Below, one piece after another: positions 60,774-64,000 of a stretch of 64,000 bases of DNA. Position numbers and translations under genes: made by a program. The notes beneath the pieces are model-generated. The model was not told where the DNA came from. It did no database searches and was given only the letters and a program-made list of their open reading frames with translations. How positions within the stretch are numbered: the stretch's first letter is position 1; each line of letters opens with the position of its first letter. Origin of the DNA: Gammaproteobacteria bacterium (GTDB lineage Bacteria; Pseudomonadota; Gammaproteobacteria; JBCCGL01); contig OZ255836.1 in assembly GCA_965277715.1 (NCBI GenBank), forward strand, positions 4,128,001-4,192,000. Reading direction: 5' to 3'.

Positions 60774-62524
60774 AAAAGCCCGTCGCCATTATTGTGCCCA
60801 CCGGTCGTCGCCTGCTGGTATTCGCGCTGGTGTTTGCCCTGGGCGGCGTACTGGTGGCGCGCGCGGTCGATTTACACGTGCGCGACCGGGATTTTTTGCA
60901 AAACGAAGGTGAGGCGCGTCAGCACCGGGTGGTGTCGGTCCCCGCGCATCGGGGCATGCTACAGGATCGTCACGGTGAGCCGCTGGCCATCAGCACGCCG
61001 GTCGATACGCTGTGGGCGGAACCGGATAAAGTATTGAAAAGTCAACAACTCAAGGCCCTGGCGAGCGCGCTGGAGTTGTCACTGAATGGCCTGAAGAAAA
61101 AACTGCGCGACAGTAAAAGCCGGTCTTTTGTCTACCTGCGCCGCCATGTCGACCCGGCACTGAGCGAGGCGGCGATGGCACTGGCGATCGATGGGGTACA
61201 CGTGCGCCGCGAATACCGGCGCTATTACCCGGCGGGCGAAGTGGCCGCGCACCTGCTCGGCTTTACCGATATTGACGACAAAGGCCTGGAAGGGCTGGAG
61301 CTGGCCTACAACGACTGGCTGGCGGGCAAACCCGGCGCGAGGCGGGTGATCCGTGACCGCCTGGGGCGAGCCATTGAGGATATAGAGAGCATTCGTCCGG
61401 TACGCCCGGGTAAGGATCTACAACTCAGTATCGACAAACGCCTGCAATACGTCGCCTACCGGGAGCTGCAACTGGCGTTGCAAAAGCACGGTGCACACGC
61501 TGCATCCGCCGTGGTGATGGATGTGCACAGTGGCGAGGTGTTGGCGATTGTCAACCAGCCCGCCTATAACCCGAATCGACGCAGTGCGCGCAGTGGGCCA
61601 CAGTCGCGTAACCGGGTGGTGACCGATGTGCTGGAGCCCGGTTCAACAATGAAACCCATCACCCTGGCAGCGGCACTGGAATCGGGGGATTATCAACCCA
61701 GTGTTATTATCGAAACGGCACCGGGTTTCTACAAAATTGGTCGACACCAGGTAAAAGACCACGAAAACTACGGTGACCTGGATCTGATCGGTATCATGCG
61801 CAAATCGAGTAATGTCGGCGCCAGCAAAATCGCCCTATCGCTGAACCCACAGCAAATGTGGTCGGTATTTAATGACTTTGGTTTTGGTGTGAGTACCGGC
61901 AGTGGTTTTCCTGGCGAATCATCTGGCACACTCAACCACGCCGCCCAATGGGGGCGCATTGAGCAGGCGACCCTGTCATTTGGCTACGGTTTGGCGATAA
62001 CGCCATTGCAGCTAGTGCGCGCTTACAGCGCGATTGCGGCCGATGGTGTCCTGCCTGAAGTCAGCTTTTTGAAAGTGGACAATGCTGTACGTGGAAAACG
62101 CATCATCTCCGCCAGGACGGCGCGCCAACTGCGCAATATGCTGGCGTCGGTGGTGCAGGATGGCGGTACGGGCACCCGTGCCAACGTACTCGGTTACCGG
62201 GTGGCGGGTAAAACGGGCACATCGCGAAAATCCCAACAGGGTGGTTACTCAGAAGACCGCTATATGGCCTTGTTTGCCGGGTTTGCCCCACTCAGCCAGC
62301 CCGAGGTGGCGGTGGTGGTGGTGGTCGATGAACCCACTATCGGCGGGTTTTACGGCGGGGTTGTCGCCGCTCCGGTATTTTCCAACATCATGGCCAGCGC
62401 ACTGCGCCTGCGTGGTTCGCTACCGGATAACTGGAGTGCGGATATACAGCCGTTGAGCCGCCTGGATAATCACCTGGATAACCACCCGGATAGCCACTTG
62501 AAACAGGCAGGGGGTGGCGTGTGA
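60770..62524 (+). CDS. ftsI: peptidoglycan D,D-transpeptidase PBP3
   Basis: RRYYP.GE, EPGSTMK (SxxK), KSSN (SxN), GKTGT. Confidence 0.97.
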   Translation: MKKPVAIIVPTGRRLLVFALVFALGGVLVARAVDLHVRDRDFLQNEGEARQHRVVSVPAHRGMLQDRHGEPLAISTPVDTLWAEPDKVLKSQQLKALASALELSLNGLKKKLRDSKSRSFVYLRRHVDPALSEAAMALAIDGVHVRREYRRYYPAGEVAAHLLGFTDIDDKGLEGLELAYNDWLAGKPGARRVIRDRLGRAIEDIESIRPVRPGKDLQLSIDKRLQYVAYRELQLALQKHGAHAASAVVMDVHSGEVLAIVNQPAYNPNRRSARSGPQSRNRVVTDVLEPGSTMKPITLAAALESGDYQPSVIIETAPGFYKIGRHQVKDHENYGDLDLIGIMRKSSNVGASKIALSLNPQQMWSVFNDFGFGVSTGSGFPGESSGTLNHAAQWGRIEQATLSFGYGLAITPLQLVRAYSAIAADGVLPEVSFLKVDNAVRGKRIISARTARQLRNMLASVVQDGGTGTRANVLGYRVAGKTGTSRKSQQGGYSEDRYMALFAGFAPLSQPEVAVVVVVDEPTIGGFYGGVVAAPVFSNIMASALRLRGSLPDNWSADIQPLSRLDNHLDNHPDSHLKQAGGGV

Positions 62525-64000
62525 TGGCGGCTTTACAAATGCCGGTAACCCCATTGCTGAGCAACCTGGTCGACGGCATAGTCGACGCCACCACACTGAC
62601 TGCCGTGCCTGTTTCAGGCGTGGCACTGGACAGCCGGAAACTGGCGCCCGGTTATGTGTTTTTCGCCTTGGCAGGTGCCCGGCAGCACGGCCTCGATTAC
62701 TTCGATGCAGCGATAGCGGCAGATGTTGCCGCGATTCTGGTCGATGCGGGGGATGCGCGTTGCAGCACACAATTGCAATTGCGCGCCGCCAGTGCGGGCG
62801 TTGCGTTGCTGCCCGTCCCCGCACTTGCCGAACAAGTGGGGGTGATCGCGTCGCGTTTTTTCGCGCAGCCATCGCAGTCGATGACCGTTATCGGGGTGAC
62901 TGGCACGGACGGTAAAACATCGGTCAGCCAGTACATCGCGCAGGCTTTACAGCGTAAAAACAACCCTTGTGGGGTGATTGGTACACTCGGTAATGGTATC
63001 TTCGACAACGATAAGCCGGGCGCACTCACCGACAGCGGCCTGACAACCCCCGATGCCGTCTCGGTGCAACACACGCTGGCCGGTTTCCAGCAGCGCAACA
63101 TCACCCAGGTAGCGATGGAGGTGTCCTCACATGCCTTATCGCAAGGGCGTGTTAACGGTGTCGCGTTCGATGTCGCGGTACTCACCAACTTGGGGCGCGA
63201 CCACCTCGACTACCACCAGACACTGGAAAACTACCACGCGGCAAAATGGCGGCTAATACAAGCGGACAGCGTGCGCACGGCGGTGGTTAATATCGATGAC
63301 CCGGTGGTGCGCCACTGCCTGGCAGGACACCGCAAAACCAATGTTATCCGTTACGCCACAGACCCGGCGCAACGTGCCGATGCCGATATATTCGCCGAGG
63401 ATATTGTGCTCACCGGGCAGGGCATCAGCATGACCGTTATATATGCCCAGCAGTGCCTGCCGTTGCACAGCCCACTGATTGGCCACTTTAATGTCAGCAA
63501 CCTATTGGCGACATTTGCCACCCTGTGCGCACTGGGGGTTGACGCGCATGACAGTGTTGCGCGCTTGGCCGGGCTGCGCGCCGTACCTGGCCGTGCCGAG
63601 CGCTTTTCCGCCGGGCATTGTGCGACAGCGGTAGTGGACTACTCGCATACACCCCAGGCACTGGAGGCGATCCTGCGCAGTATGCGCAGCCATTGCACGG
63701 GAGCGCTGTGGTGCCTGTTCGGCTGCGGTGGAGACCGCGACAGTGGCAAGCGTGCACCCATGGGGGCTGTCGCTGAAAACCTCGCCGATTGTCTGGTCAT
63801 TACCGATGACAACCCGCGCCATGAAGATGGCGACCAGATTGTCCGGGATATTGTCAGTGGTTTGAAAAACCCTGATGCGGCCACCATTGAGCGCGACCGG
63901 GAACAGGCGATTCGCAGCGTTTTGCGCCAGGCACGCCCGGAGGATTGGGTGGTGATCGCCGGAAAAGGGCACGAAGACTACCAAATTATCGGCGATCAAC
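62524..64000 (+). CDS. murE: UDP-MurNAc-dipeptide--meso-DAP ligase, 3' end outside window (not in ORF track)
   Basis: translated by hand: LDSR, GVTGTDGKTS, MEVSSH, DHLDYH, DYSHTP, DDNPR, AGKGHEDYQ. Confidence 0.96.
   Translation, partial: MAALQMPVTPLLSNLVDGIVDATTLTAVPVSGVALDSRKLAPGYVFFALAGARQHGLDYFDAAIAADVAAILVDAGDARCSTQLQLRAASAGVALLPVPALAEQVGVIASRFFAQPSQSMTVIGVTGTDGKTSVSQYIAQALQRKNNPCGVIGTLGNGIFDNDKPGALTDSGLTTPDAVSVQHTLAGFQQRNITQVAMEVSSHALSQGRVNGVAFDVAVLTNLGRDHLDYHQTLENYHAAKWRLIQADSVRTAVVNIDDPVVRHCLAGHRKTNVIRYATDPAQRADADIFAEDIVLTGQGISMTVIYAQQCLPLHSPLIGHFNVSNLLATFATLCALGVDAHDSVARLAGLRAVPGRAERFSAGHCATAVVDYSHTPQALEAILRSMRSHCTGALWCLFGCGGDRDSGKRAPMGAVAENLADCLVITDDNPRHEDGDQIVRDIVSGLKNPDAATIERDREQAIRSVLRQARPEDWVVIAGKGHEDYQIIGDQ

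Noticed and set aside
62461-62496. 12-bp triplication at the ftsI 3' end (LDNH LDNH PDSH)
   Set aside because: In-frame slippage repeat in a non-conserved tail with no evident function.

Overview
Chromosomal window of a flagellated gammaproteobacterium, probably marine and possibly a sulfur oxidiser (inferred from the gene content). 0.4-6.6 kb is a flagellar block (fliC-flaG-fliD-fliS-fliT-fleQ) with sigma28 promoters. A ~16.5-kb mosaic accessory island follows directly (6.66-23.1 kb). It contains: an 8x47-bp hairpin tandem array; a DUF6338-like gene with an unannotated 43-aa poly-Pro peptide gene; a two-gene CHAT-protease/inactive-STAND plus exported-WD40/TM/STAND-ATPase module; an AcaB-like conjugative-element remnant; exported-protein and HEXXH-peptidase genes; orphan toxin-tip/immunity-like pairs; a symE fragment; an IS4-family element; and GNAT and DUF4288 genes. 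Many of these pieces break exactly at copies of a ~92-100-bp GGGGTCA...TGACCCC element. The rest is mostly housekeeping and transport: peptide ABC transporter with dgcN/dgcA-like genes, ubiC, Rpn nuclease, an atypical soxYZ, yciK-csiV-mfd, hflKC-yjeT-hisZ-purA, a betaine-type ABC transporter with ltaE and a StcD-like flavoenzyme, yraN-lpoA-rsmI, a decayed hicBA, rnpB, and the start of the dcw cluster (mraZ-rsmH-ftsL-ftsI-murE, which runs off the window end). The best candidates for new biology are the transmembrane WD40-STAND/CHAT module, the breakpoint-associated GGGGTC element and the GGA-loop (CsrA-site-like) array. All family assignments come from motif recognition by eye; no database search was run.
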